Source: Yuukianura sp. NJ FZ-2021
Lineage: Eukaryota
Assembly: GCA_046563655.1 (NCBI GenBank)
Contig: CM102286.1
Span: 10,974,001-11,038,000, forward strand
DNA: 64,000 nucleotides
Reading direction: 5' to 3'
Below, piece by piece: positions 40,558 to 53,347 of this stretch; within the stretch, counting starts at the first letter, position 1, and every line of letters begins with the position of its first letter. A program made the position numbers and the translations under genes. The notes under the pieces are model-generated. The model saw only the letters and a list, made by a program, of their open reading frames with translations. It ran no database searches and was not told where the DNA came from.

Positions 40558-41073
40558 AATGTCCTAGACACTACAACACAAATTTACCAAGTAAACTCCT
40601 GATGCTGTAACGTTGTTGGCGACTACTCATGCGCGTTTCGTCGCCTCACAAAATGAATTTCTCTTCAAATTAGAAACGTCAACTAAATTCATTGTTAAAA
40701 GTTCAGGTTAAAAAAATTACGTTTTTTTTTAAAATAAAACGGGTCATCTGAGCACGAAAATTAAATCTGTTGGATTTTTGTGTTTTTTCATGCTTTAAGT
40801 ACAAAAGTATTCAACAAAAGTTCATCCCATGTAATAAATTATAGGCCGAATTATAAATAGCATAAATTAATGTGCCGACTATGTGTAAAACTAGATGCGT
40901 ATATAATTCTGTAAACATTTGTAGTAAACGTGAAATCAGAAATGAATTGAAATGAGAAATAATACAGTAACTGGCCAAATTGGTTTATATGTAAGGAACC
41001 TTGTAATAATGCTTTTATTTAAATTATTGCAATAGTAATTAATATATTGTTGAAATTCATATGGTTGAACAGA

Positions 41074-41509
41074 TCAAGTACAAATTCCCGTCGTACTGCA
41101 AGTGTTTCCTGGCAAGCAGTCCACACGACGCGGCCAGTTCGGAATGGTGCCACATTTCGCGCCACGAGTCGCAAAACATTTCTTGCGGGTAGAGTCCCAC
41201 CAAGTATTGAGGTTCGACGGCAAATCAGCACTTGACATCGTTAAAGCTTCCGGACAACGACACCTTCCTTCGAAGCATACAAGATTCGTTTGAGCTCCAT
41301 TACAGTGATCGTTTCCAATACAGAGACTCCCTAGATATTCAAAAGACACAAAAATTATTTCGCCAAAACGCAATGACATAGTTTTAAATCTATACAAAGT
41401 TGCGAATTATACTTTGTACTAATAAATTACCTCTCACAATTTGGCACGTCCCAATTGTTACTGCGACACAGATTACAAAGACCACAGGCAAAAGGCAACT
41501 TGCCTTCAT
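41074..41509 (-). CDS. Small secreted Cys-rich (EB-module-like) protein
   Basis: Signal exon MKASCLLPVVFVICVAVTIG. Exon 2 LCIGNDHCNGAQTNLVCFEGRCRCP...CFATRGAKC...CLPGNTCSTTGIC. Confidence 0.75.
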
Positions 41510-41985
41510 CCTTTGCAACTCGATTGTGGATTTCAGAAATCAATTTTAGTAAACTCTCCACTAAAGACAATGTATAGTTTGCCAGAAGAAAATCTGAAGT
41601 AGTGATGAAGCAACTCCAATCTTGTCTACACTGAAATCCTTGGAAAAATTAGGAGCACTTTGGACTAATTGAATTCTTAAGGATTTTGACTTTCAAAAGA
41701 CCTTGGAAAGTGGGACAACCACAAAAAATACGCCTGGAGTGGATTAGTACTTCACGTTTTTGGCTTAGAGACAGATTTTTTGCCCTTTAGTGTTTATAAA
41801 TAAAGCAGGGTCAAATTCAAAAAAATTAAACAGTCAGTTGGCACGGATCCAGCTCATATTGCATTGATGCGCGCCAAAGTCTAATCCGACTTGCATAAGT
41901 TTAATAATTTTATTGCAAGTTCTTAACGTAGCCGCAGAGAAAAGAGTTCAGAATATAGTTATTTTGCTTTTCCCGAATTTCGGGT

Positions 41986-44900
41986 TTACATACATTGCGG
42001 AACTGCCGGAGCTTGGCCTTCTGACTCTGAAGCTAAATCATCCTTAACAATATGCTTGTTAGTGGTCGTCGCAACCATTTCAGCATTCATGAGGTTCTCC
42101 AAGTGAGCTGTAAGTTTTCTAACTGTCTGGTTTTCCTGTATAGCGCCAACAGTCACTTGGCTTTTTTCGAAAATGCTTTGAAAACGATTGCGTAGTTCAA
42201 TGGTCATTAGAGAGTCGACTCCAAACGCTGAAAAGAGTTTATCTGGATCCAATTGCTCGGCATCATCAACCCGAAGCGTCGCCTTCAACAACATGCAAAC
42301 AAATTCTTCAATTTTGTTTCGTCTTTCCTGTGCATCGGTTGTTTCTTTGAATTTCGTTCGGGTGAATTTTTCCCCAACATTTGTAGCCGTCACCGAATTC
42401 AAATTGTTAGAATTCAGTTCATCCAAATAATGGCCCAGGTTCACGACCTTTTTTAATATAGCCCAGTCGAAGACATCTACCACGGTACACCGAAGTTTAT
42501 GTTCCTCCATGACCATTTGAAGAGCAGCCAACCCTTGACTTGGAGAGAATGTAATGACTCCGTTCCGATTTCCTTTATAAACTTTTGCATCCGCTGCGCC
42601 TCCAACCTAAAACAAAAATGTTTATGTAATGTTTGTAATATTTTCATTTTTTTCGTTTCTTGTAAATTCATTTCAAAATCCAACGAGTGAACCAGCCCCC
42701 TGCGTTCAGCCCCCTTAGCAACCAACGCCAGCTTTTGTTTGTGACGTCACTCGTTGAAAAATACCGGAATTCGGGGAATAATGATGGCATCCTATAGAAA
42801 CCCATATATTGTTTGATGTTTAGATACGCGCCTCGGATAATAAGCTGACGATTACGGTATTTTTCAACGAGTGACGTCATAAAAAATGCCGTGGTAACCT
42901 AACAAACTTTCTGTTCGCACTACCTGTAGTTATTCTATTTACCTTGGGAGTGAACTAGAAACGCCAGTCAATGCAGAAATACTATTTATAGTAATACCTT
43001 CTGCCACGCGCCGAAGTTGATGCTGCATGCCGGGAGACCCATTGAGTGTCGATAGTGTGCAAATGAATCTAAGAATCCACAAGCGGCTGTATGGTTGCTG
43101 TTTCCTAGACTGCCAAAATTTGATGCTATACTTGAAAACATAACGAAGAATTCAAGACCACAGTCGAGAGTCAACTTGTGCAAATTGATGCACCCTTGAA
43201 TTTTTGGTTGGAAAACCATTTCGAATTTTTCCCACGACAAATTTTGTATGATCCCGGATGCGTACACTCCTGCTGCGTGCATAATTCCGCGAAGCGGCGG
43301 CAAATTTAAACTCTTTAAAGATTCGAAAAGTGCTTCTGCTTCTTTGTAGATACCAATATTTGTTTGAACTGCCAAAGTTCGACATCCATTTTTGTTCATA
43401 CCCTTCAAAGCTTCTTGGGCTTCAACTGAAGGTTTCCTGCGTCCAACAAGCACTAGGTTGGTGGCCCCCAATTTTATCATCCACTTGGCCACTTCCATAC
43501 CGATCCCACCCAACCCACCGGTGATAATGTACGTACTCTGTGAATTGAAAAGACGTTTTTCAAAATGGACGCGGCCTTCCGGGGAAATTTTGGTTTCTGG
43601 AATGGTGATCACAACTTTCCCAATGTGTTTTGCTCCTTGAAAAAAAGAGAAAGCTTGCTGAATTTTGTCTATTGAAAATGTTTGGTGTGGAAGACTGGTG
43701 TAAATGCCATTTTTCAATTCGGTTTCAATTTTTCTCATAAGATGGCAGAATTTCTCGTTGATCTGCAACATGCCATGAGATACGTCTACTAGAAAATATT
43801 TTACATCTGGACGTATTGTCTTCACTTCGTCTTCGGTCCAGGTATTTACTTTCCCAATTTCAACAAATCGCCCATTTTGAGCACAAGCTCTGAGAGACGC
43901 TTCTTTGAAGCCAGAACCAGTGAGCGAGTTAAGGACAACATTCACTCCAGCTCCATATGTGTCTTTCATTATTTCGTCCCCAAAATCCGTAGTTCTGGAG
44001 TGGTAGACATGTTGAATTCCAATTGATCTTAGGTACGCTCGTTTCCTTTTGCTGCCTGCCGTGGCAAATATTTCCGCGCCAAGACGTTTGGCCATTTGAA
44101 TCGCCGCGAGGCCAACCCCTCCTGTGGCTACATGTATCAGAACTCGCTCCCTTTCATCTAGATTTGCAAGTTCTTCGAGTGCATAAAAACATGTGAGAAA
44201 TGCAACTGGAATTGTAGCTGCCGAGGTAAATGTCATTTCGGGCGGTTTTCGTACCAAACACCGAGAGGAGACAGTGAGGTGAGAAGCCAATCCATTCCCA
44301 GGCACAAAACCAAAGACAGCGTCACCGAGGTTAAATTTGGTGCAAGTGGGACCAACGGCTGAAACGATTCCAGCTATTTCTAACCCTGGTTCTTGAAGAT
44401 CAGTTATCGAATCCACAAATCCTTCTGGTTGAAGGATGAGAAACAAATCTCTGAAGTTTAGTCCCGTTGCTCGTACAGCTACTTCAACTTCGTCTCCCAC
44501 CGGATCCATTCTCGAAGCAGGAGAAATTTCCAAATCATTCAGACTTTGGCTAACTGGCTTCGTTACTTGAAAGCAAGTCGAATTTGGAAACGCAAGTGCA
44601 CGCGTTGAATTTTTATCAAGTATTAATCTTTGGTGGAAAATTGTGTCTTGCCGTATTGCTCTGAACACTTCATCGCTTTCCCTGGACCAGATCATCGCAA
44701 AAGTCTCTTCTACTTCTCGTTCAAAATCGACTTCATCCTGTGCAAGGTCAATGACCTTGAGTTTAAAATCTCTGTGTTCGTTTGCAAAAGATCTAATGAA
44801 GGCTGCAGCCGTTCCAGCAACTGGGTTTCCTGGTCCAGTGTCTCCAACGTAATAAACTCCACGCGTCACCAAAACTAATTTTGATTTTGTAGTTTCGTTT

Positions 44901-47900
44901 TCCTGGGCTGAAGAAAGTTTTTGGCAAAGTTCGAAAAATTCTCTGCATTTTTGTTGACTTCCGTCAGAATGTTCATGAGTCTCAGTCCATAGAAAAAGCA
45001 CTCCTTCTAACATTTCATACATGTCAATTCCTGTATCGTAGGAAACGACTTTACGTCCATAATATGACAACTTCGAAGTCAGGTTTGATTTCAAAAAAGA
45101 ACAATCTCCATGTACAATCCACGTTGATTTATATGGAGCTGAGAGGACCATAGTAGGCAGAGCTGAAGCCAATTTATGTCCAGCTACGACGCCAAAGTGT
45201 TCATCAAATGCTGAGAATGTTCTTGTTCCACCAAATCCAGCTCTCTCGAATGCAATCTTCCATTTTTCTGTAGTCAAAAGTGGTGAACCAGTTCTACCAT
45301 CCGTTGACTTCCACCATTCTTTCAGGAATCCGAACGATAAATTGACGTACGTCAAATCCTTAAACATTTCACCCAATACAATAATGCCTCCTGGTCGCAG
45401 AACAATGTTTAAATTTTTCAGAGTTTGTACAATATCTGCTGTTGCATGAATTACGTTGGCAGCAATGATAATGTCAAATTCGTCTGGAGGAAAGCCTTGA
45501 CTCAGAGGATCTTCCTCAATGTTGAACAATGCAAAGGTTACGCCCTTTTTGAATTTCTTTTCCGCTTCATTCAGAAAAGAAGGTGAAATGTCTGTGAAAG
45601 TGTACTGGCATGAGACCTTGAGCTGCGTGAGTCCTTCAAAAATCAAACTGCAACAAATTCCTGATCCTGCGCCAACCTCCAAAATTTTAAAGGCTCCATT
45701 TCCGGTTGACGAGTTGCTAATGCAGTCCAGAACCAATGAGGTTGGCAGGATACTAATTTCTTTGAATCCTTCTCCTAATAATTTTTTTCAAATTCAAATT
45801 AATTCAATTCAAATTAATTAATCAAATCAATTCAAATTCAGTTTTACAAATGAATTCAAATGTAACATTGTTTTCGAGATAGAACAGGTTGATTTCTTTT
45901 AGACTTTGATTTTATAATAAAAAAGAGAAAAAAAAAGGAGTTTCAATTACCTTCAGAATAAAATCTCAAAGCACCAATTTCAGACGAGTTTTCTGTAAAG
46001 AGGTATGAAGTAGGAGCAATTTTCCCTTGAAAAACGCTTGGAAGATGACGGCCACATCGTTTTGCAAATTGAGAAATCACACTTTCCTTTTTGTTTGTCA
46101 GTTCGAAATGATGTCCGAATCCATCCGAAATTTCTTTCTCTAATTCTTCCGAGGTGGGAAGTTTTTGTAACACTTCATAAGTTCCATCTTTAGTTTTTTG
46201 CAAATAGGAAATCTTAGCTAAAATTTCCATGACCTTCCCAGACTTCACAATTCCCAATCCGGGAGCCAACTTTGCCCAATCACAAATATTTAGGTTTTCT
46301 CCAACGTCGGGCCAAGGCCATTCAGATTCAGTAATTCCCTTAATGAGGAACATCGTAAATAATTTGTCGATGATTTGAAAGCTACGCAATGTTGCGACCT
46401 CTTTATCGGAAATAGATTTTAGCGTGTGTTTCATGAATCCGGATAGTTTTATCTCAATTAACTTTGACTCGACTTGACTTCGTGTAATCCTGTTTGTTGG
46501 ACGCCAAACTTCTTCCAAAATTGTCGGTAATAATTCAGTTTCTTGACATAATGTTTGCAAGAATCGGAATGGTGTCGTGCTAATAAATTTGACTCCTTCC
46601 ATTGTTGTCAAAATGTTTCCTAAATCATTTGCCAACGTTATAGTACGTGCTCCTTCTGAAATTGTAAGGTACGCAAAAACTTTTCGTGTAAATGTCCCCG
46701 AGTAGAAACTGAATTTTTTGATTGCAACTGGCAACTGCAGTCTGCTGGCTTTATCAGTTTCTTTGTCAGTCAACATTGCATGAATAACAGAAGTTTGGAG
46801 CATTGCGTCGAGAACGATTGGATGACAAATGTAAGAATTAGAATCTTCTGCAGGAATTTCAATTTCCGCTAAAACAGCATCCTGTGCAACCCAAGCTCGA
46901 GAAATTGATCGAAATCTCTTTCCAAACTGGTATCCGACCTCCACCAGTTTATCATACGTTGTGTGCATTGACTCCAAACAGTCTAATGTTTGCTGTATGG
47001 TTTGTAAGTCAATAGACGTGATGCCTGTGAGACGACTTGGAGTAATTGTCGCTATTGCGTGTCGTTTCCACTGCTGTGGAGTGTCACGAGATTGCTCGTG
47101 GATTGTCACTTCGAACTTGAGTCTTTCTTTGTCAATTGATTGCACAATAGTTTGAATTTGACAGGATCTGTTCAGTTCTAGGGCAGCCTCGATTGTGAAG
47201 TTTTCAATGCAAAATGGAACTCGAACCTTTCCGCCCTGCAAAACGTGATACCCGGCCGCCATTATGGTTTCAAGGAAAGCCGCTCCAGGAAAAACAATTC
47301 TCTCCGCAATACGATGATCACCGAGAAATTTAAGATTTCTGGTTGATAGAACTTGAGTGAAGATGTGTGCTGGAAATGGAGTCGGTAGTGGCGCTCCAAG
47401 TGTTGGGTGTAGAGACATGGGATGCTGTGAGCCAACGTCAACATCTTCTCGTTGAAACCAAAATTTTTGACGTTGGAATTGATACGTAGGAAGAGTCAGT
47501 TTACTAGCGCCAGAAAACCAATTCGTCCAGGAAATCTCAGCACCAGCTACAAACATCTTGGCCAGTGAATTCAAAATAGAAGCCAAGTCATCTTCGCTTC
47601 TGCGTAGTGAAGGACAAAATGCGTCCTCTTCCGAACCCTGCAGGTTTGACATAGTCAAGGCTAACAAAGTCGGTTGGGTACCGATTTCGACAAAGACTTT
47701 TGGGGAAGGGACAAGTCTTTCTAGTTGGATTACAGCGTCACGAAATCTAACCCTGTCTCGCAAATGACGCGCCCAGTATTTGGAAGAAAGTTCACCCAAT
47801 TCTAATTTTCGCCCAAATGTACTGGAGATGTAGCAACAATTGAAGTCGTGTGTTTTAACTTCCGCCGCGATTTGTTCGAATTCTATTGATATTGGATCCA

Positions 47901-50900
47901 TAAGTTGAGAATGAAAAGCGTGAGAAGTTTTCAAAAAGTTTGCTTGGAGTCCGTTGGATTTACAAAAGTTAGCAAACTTTTCCACGTTATCTGAGGCGCC
48001 AGACACCACGACTTGCTCGTCGGAATTCTCGGCTGCAACATCAATCCAAGAATCTGCTGAGGATTGAATGAATTCTTCAATCAACTTGCGGACATCTTCT
48101 GGCGAATTTTTTAAAGCCAACATTTTCCCGGCTTCGAGTGAATGGACGAGTTTACTTCTGCTAGCAACTAGTTTCATCCCATCTTCAAGTGACAGCACGC
48201 CAGCGCAAACTGCCGCACAGAATTCACCCGCGCTGTGACCTAGGACAACGTCAGGGTGAATTCCAAAAGAGTTCCACAGTTGAACCAGTGCAAACTGAAC
48301 TGAAAAAATGGCCGGTTGGCAGTAGATGGTTTTGTCCAACAAGGCAGCATCTCCCCACAGAACTTCCTTCAGTGAACACATCAAATGATTCTGGAAAAGT
48401 ATTTCACATTTGTCCAGCGCCGTTCGAAAAACTGGCGAATCATTGTAAATGCTTTTCGCCATTCCGAAGTACTGTGACCCTTGACCTGTGAATAGAAAAA
48501 CCACTTTCGGTTTCTGCTGCACCGCCTTTCCTTTGATGAAACTTCTCTGTTTTAATTTTGACACGAGTTGCTCCGTATTATTGACTACAAGTGCAATCCG
48601 GTTGGCCATGCTTGCCCTTCCAGTATTTAGAGTATATGCGATGTCATACAATGTAAGTTCTGGATTCTGCTCAAAATGGGAAATGTGTTTTTCACAAAGA
48701 GATCCCAAGGCTTCTTCGGATTTGGCAGAAACCTGTATCATTTGTAACAAGTTTGAATTGGGTTCAAGATTTTTAGGTGTGCGCTTCGGTGGCTCTTGAA
48801 CGATAATATGAACGTTGGCTCCACTCATGCCGCTCGAACTAGTGGCTGCAATCCGCCTTTCTTGTTTCCATTCTGTCACTTCCAATGGAATAATTCCCGG
48901 AATTTTGTCGAGATGGATTTTGGGATTTAAATTTTTAAAGTGGAGGTGCGGTGGTATCTGTTTGTGTTTGAGACAAAGCAGAATTTTTATAAGTCCAGCA
49001 ATTCCTGAGCATCCTTCAGTGTGTCCAATGTTGGTTTTCACAGAACTGACAAGGAGCGGTTCTGCCCGATTTTCGGAATAAACTTGTTCAATTGCTCCCA
49101 TTTCCGCTGGATCTGAAATAATGTGTATAAAACTTATTCAAAAGCTCGTTAAAGTTACAGCCTTCGAGGTATTTTTGTTTCCGTTAACAAGGTTAATTAA
49201 GAAGCAGTGCCATTTACTTGGCTTCGTTAGACTACATTTGGGTTTCCTTTGGTACTAATAGAGATTTAAATATGCTACATCGTATATGCTCGGTTATTCC
49301 GCCTAACCTAATAAATAGGTACAATCTCTTGCAATTAAGAAAAAATTAAACTCCATTGTTGTAAAGATTTCCATTGTTATGGTTATGGGGAAGGGTATGG
49401 GGGCAAGTGACTATAGGGTCATGGGGGAAGGATATAGGGGAGAGGGTGGGAGGAGGGGGGTTCGGAAGCGGGGGTGGATGAGATGACGTCATTATGTCAG
49501 AAACGTTTTACGCAGATGCAATTGCTGATGAGGGCAGCCATTTTCAAAACCCGAGCATTCCCATGGAGGTACATGAAAACGTACATGGAGAATTAGGAAA
49601 GTACATAATTTCGCTACCTCCTGCTGGCGTTCCTGTTCCATGTGGCTCGATGAGAGTAACATCGCGAGGCTGAATGCAAGCATCAGTCAACGCCTCCCGG
49701 ATTACCCTTTTCATGGCATAAAGATTTGCAGTTCCGTAGCTTGATGGCCCGTTGTTATTTAACCCAATTCCGCGAATTACGCCGAGAATATTATGACCTT
49801 CGCGAATGGCGTCAGGCAGGGGTCGCAGCACTACTGATGCAATTCCTTCAGCCCGAGCATAACCATCGGCTCTAGAACGGAAAAGTTACTTTAAGAAGTA
49901 TGATTTTATAATTTTAGCTGTTATGATTCCTCACCTCGCGTCGAACGATTTGCACTTGAAATCTTTTGCAAAGGTTGGCGCGTCCGAAATTGTTCCGCCA
50001 CCAATTGGATTAAGGCTGCGAAGTACTAGGTTTACTCCAGCGGCAATTGCAATTTTGGAGCTTCCATTGCGCAAGTTTTGGCAAGCAAGGTACAAAGCTG
50101 TTCCGCTACTCGAACAACCGGTTCTATAAAATAAAAAATATACGTGTTAAATATTTCGTTTTTAAGAATTCACAGTACGAGCAAAACGGGATAATTTTTG
50201 TATTTAGAGGTTCTCACTCTGTACAGTAGTTTGGTCCATGAAGTCCAAGCAAATTAGAAATTCGTCCAGAGGTTGTGCTGAAAGTATTTCCCAGGTAGAC
50301 TCGAATGTAGTCGTCTGGATCTAGTCCATACTCTGGAAACCAACTCTTGTACTCAGATTGCCAAATACCTAAATATACTCCCGTGTCACCTCCACGCAAG
50401 TCGTCTGGATTGATGGCAGAGTTTTCGAGACTCTCCCAAATCACTTCCAGAAGAAGACGTTGCTGAGGATCCAAAAACGGTGCCTCACGAGCACTAATTC
50501 CAAAAAATTTAGCATCAAATTCATCTATTGGGCATTTCAAAAATCCCGCCTGAAAATTTTTTGTATCGTCGTTTAGGTGGCGTGATCTATTGGATGGGAA
50601 CGGTCCAATGGGATTTCGACCACTGATGAGCAACTCCCAAAGTTCATCGGCATCATTTGCTCCAGGAAATCTGCAACTCATGCCCACCACTGCAATTGCA
50701 TTTTTCAAATCCTCCCGGTGGTCCTCTCGTTCAGTACCATTTACCGTGACGTGTCCATTTTTATTTAGTTGATACCTTTCTGCGGATTTCAAAAGATACG
50801 TTTTTGTACCGTCGTCCTGTTTAAAAAAAAGTTTGAAATGTGTTATTCAACTTATTAGTTACTTTGTTAGATAGTATATTTTGGCAATGAATTTCGTTTG

Positions 50901-53347
50901 AAGCTGGAGTAAAAAGTGTTACTATATTTTACTTGTATTTGCTGAACTTGTGGCATAATTTCGGTTTCAAATGTAGCCATCCAATTTTGTTTCATTTCTT
51001 CACAATAAAATATCTTGCACGAAGACGGTGCAGTAGCAGCATTGTTATCTTGCGAGGCATAAGAGTCTTCATTGCTGGACAAACCTTGCATGTCTCTATC
51101 AAATTTATTTCAAATAAAAATTTTAAAATAGTTGTTACTAAATTGAAGCTGTGCTTCTATAAATGTTTCCATCTTTACGAGTTTTTTCCATCCACTTACA
51201 TCAGCTTTTCTGAGGCAGACTCAAGGATTTGATGTCTTGAATTGCGAAGGACAGAGGAATATTTAGAGCTCAAAATTTCCATCGCATGCCCTATCACAAA
51301 GAGGGAACCTTAAATTTACTTCCAGTTATTAAGTACTACTTAAATTTCGCTACTTTGCTAACGTTATGGTTTGAGGTTGTCTGTCTGGCCAGCCATTTGT
51401 CCGTCCGTCGACGGCAATTATCTCGGAAACGCTCAACAATTCCGGGAACTTTTTTCATTAATGAACATCGGGTCGCGCATAGGGTTCGATGCTGAATACA
51501 TTCCGGCGTGCGAACTCTTTCCGGGTCAAAGGTCAGGGTCAACAATTTTTCCCCCCAGTAACATGGAAAGTGACCCATACAAAAGTTGTTCATGCATTGA
51601 GATGAACTCTTGTGTTCAGCGTGTGACCACAAGTGACCACCTCCGTGTCAAACGTCAGTAATTTTATCGTTCATAAACATAATGCAGCGCCATCTCTTGC
51701 TTCGCTACTTTAGACTCCGGTTACGACCGGATTTATTAAATAGCGAAGGCTATTTGATAATAAGATTCGTGGGCGTCCGTTTCTCCTTGAAAACATCAGA
51801 ACAATTATCCCTGGAACCATTATTGGAAAAATTTCAACTGCGTCACCATGTCATGACCCGGACCTATTACGGAATATCACCAGATTGATGACTTTTTACT
51901 AGGTCAAAGGTTAAGGTCATGCACCTTTCCAATATAAAACCGGGAAAGGCAACCCCCCGCTCCCACGAAAAGTGTGGCAACCCACACTCCCCCATGGGGA
52001 TGCCGATTAGAGGCGGGAACCCACCACGCGCTCTAAGAGTTCCCGCCGTGCACTACTACCTCCGCAGTATACTACCTGGGTTAAAGGTCAGTGGGTCCTT
52101 CGCTACTTACGTACCCTCGGTTTATTACAACCAGAACTTGTTTTCTTCTATTTTTGAACGTAGGCTTACCTCGCAGATTTTTTTGGCTTAGTTTCACCAG
52201 TTGATCAAATTCCTCTAGACTCGGTTTGAACACGACAACCTTCGATGAAATTTTTATACCGCAGTCAGCAATGTCTTCAACAACAGCCGAGAACGACGGA
52301 TGCAAAAACAGTTCATCCGAATTCTTGTGCATCTGTAAGACAGCAATGTCCATACCAAATCATTAAAGATAACTACCAAATGAAAAATTCTCTGCTTAAA
52401 ATTAATTCTGGTTTGTTGATTCAAGTATGGTTAGTTAGGCATTGCTGAAAATAAAGGTTCGCTTGAAATCATAGTTGTCACATCCCGTAAAGACTGGAGG
52501 ACTTACGTAGGTCATAGGGTGAACGTAGACACACTTAATCCAATTGCGCAAACTCCAAAGCCAAAACACGCCATGCTCTTTGTTCCCCACTTCGCTTGAC
52601 TCAAACCGCAAAACCGTATCAAATTCACGATTTAAGAGTTTTCTGAAATTCAAATAAAAATCCAATTTTGAAGGCGACGTTTGGCTGAAATCAAACTGAA
52701 CGGAGCTCTTTTGTGGTAAGATCAGTACGTAACATATATGCCGAGTTTGACTCCAAATCTAAACCGAATGGAATACTTACAGCGTCACCGACCTCATTTT
52801 CTATATTATCGTAGTTAAGTTTTATGTTCTTTAAGTATAGGTAGTAAAAAAAAAAAGAAAAAGTTGGCAACAATATTCCTTTCGCTTTAAACAGCTTTAA
52901 AAGTTCTGACAACGTAATTCTATCAAGTCATAATTATAGTATTCACTATTAGAGCAGTTTTTTGTTGTTGCAAGCGGTGTTTATAAGTTTAATTATCAGC
53001 ATAAAGTCAAGGAAAGAAATTAACTTGACCTATTAGTTCTGTTGTTAAGCATGCGTAACTTTCAAGCATTTTCATTTTTGCTACTCTTCCTCACAGACAA
53101 AAAAACATGGTTTTACCTTATCTCATTTGAAACGTCTTCCGAGATTACAATGACCAAGGGTTTAGTTGTCACCGAATTTCGGATTGATCTAGCGAGCACC
53201 AACGCTCCCCAAGCTTCTTCCTCATTGCTCGCCAACGTCACCCAACACTCGTCTTCTACATGCCAAATAAATACCGATAAAAAATGACAATCTATAAAAA
53301 TGCATAAAGTGTATGCTTTATAGAATTTTTTGGTAACTACCCTTCAT
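41986..53347 (-). CDS. Glycogenin-like (GT8) domain fused to a reducing type I polyketide synthase: GT8-KS-AT-DH-MT-ER-KR-ACP, ~2,770 aa
   Basis: Exons 53347-53341, 53255-53117, 52642-52507, 52332-52170, 51290(or 51308)-51200, 51095-50933, 50816-50218, 50123-49935, 49871-49618, 49112-45951, 45774-42998, 42606-41986 join in one frame. KS TGCSSS/EPHGTGT/NIGHTE; AT GHSAG/HAFH; DH DHRIAERIVFPG/LDAMLQ; MT LEVGAGSG; ER GGVGLAA; KR TGGLGGIG; ACP GVDSL; no TE. PKS identity is near certain; the fusion is inferred. Confidence 0.85.
42691..42946 (-). mobile_element. ~256-bp interspersed non-autonomous repeat, copy 1 (PKS last intron)
   Basis: Near-identical inverted copy at 62575-62830. Internal 25-bp inverted repeat TGACGTCACTCGTTGAAAAATACCG. 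Confidence 0.85.

Noticed and set aside
42668..42880. ORF nearly identical to 62641-62901
   Set aside because: Both lie in the same intronic non-coding repeat.
41986..50816. Bacterial or fungal contamination
   Set aside because: Short GT-AG introns, a repeat shared with the CYP intron, and contiguous arthropod-type genes.
52691..52912. 73-aa minus-strand ORF
   Set aside because: Falls in intron 2 of the GT8-PKS model; the flanking exons join without it.
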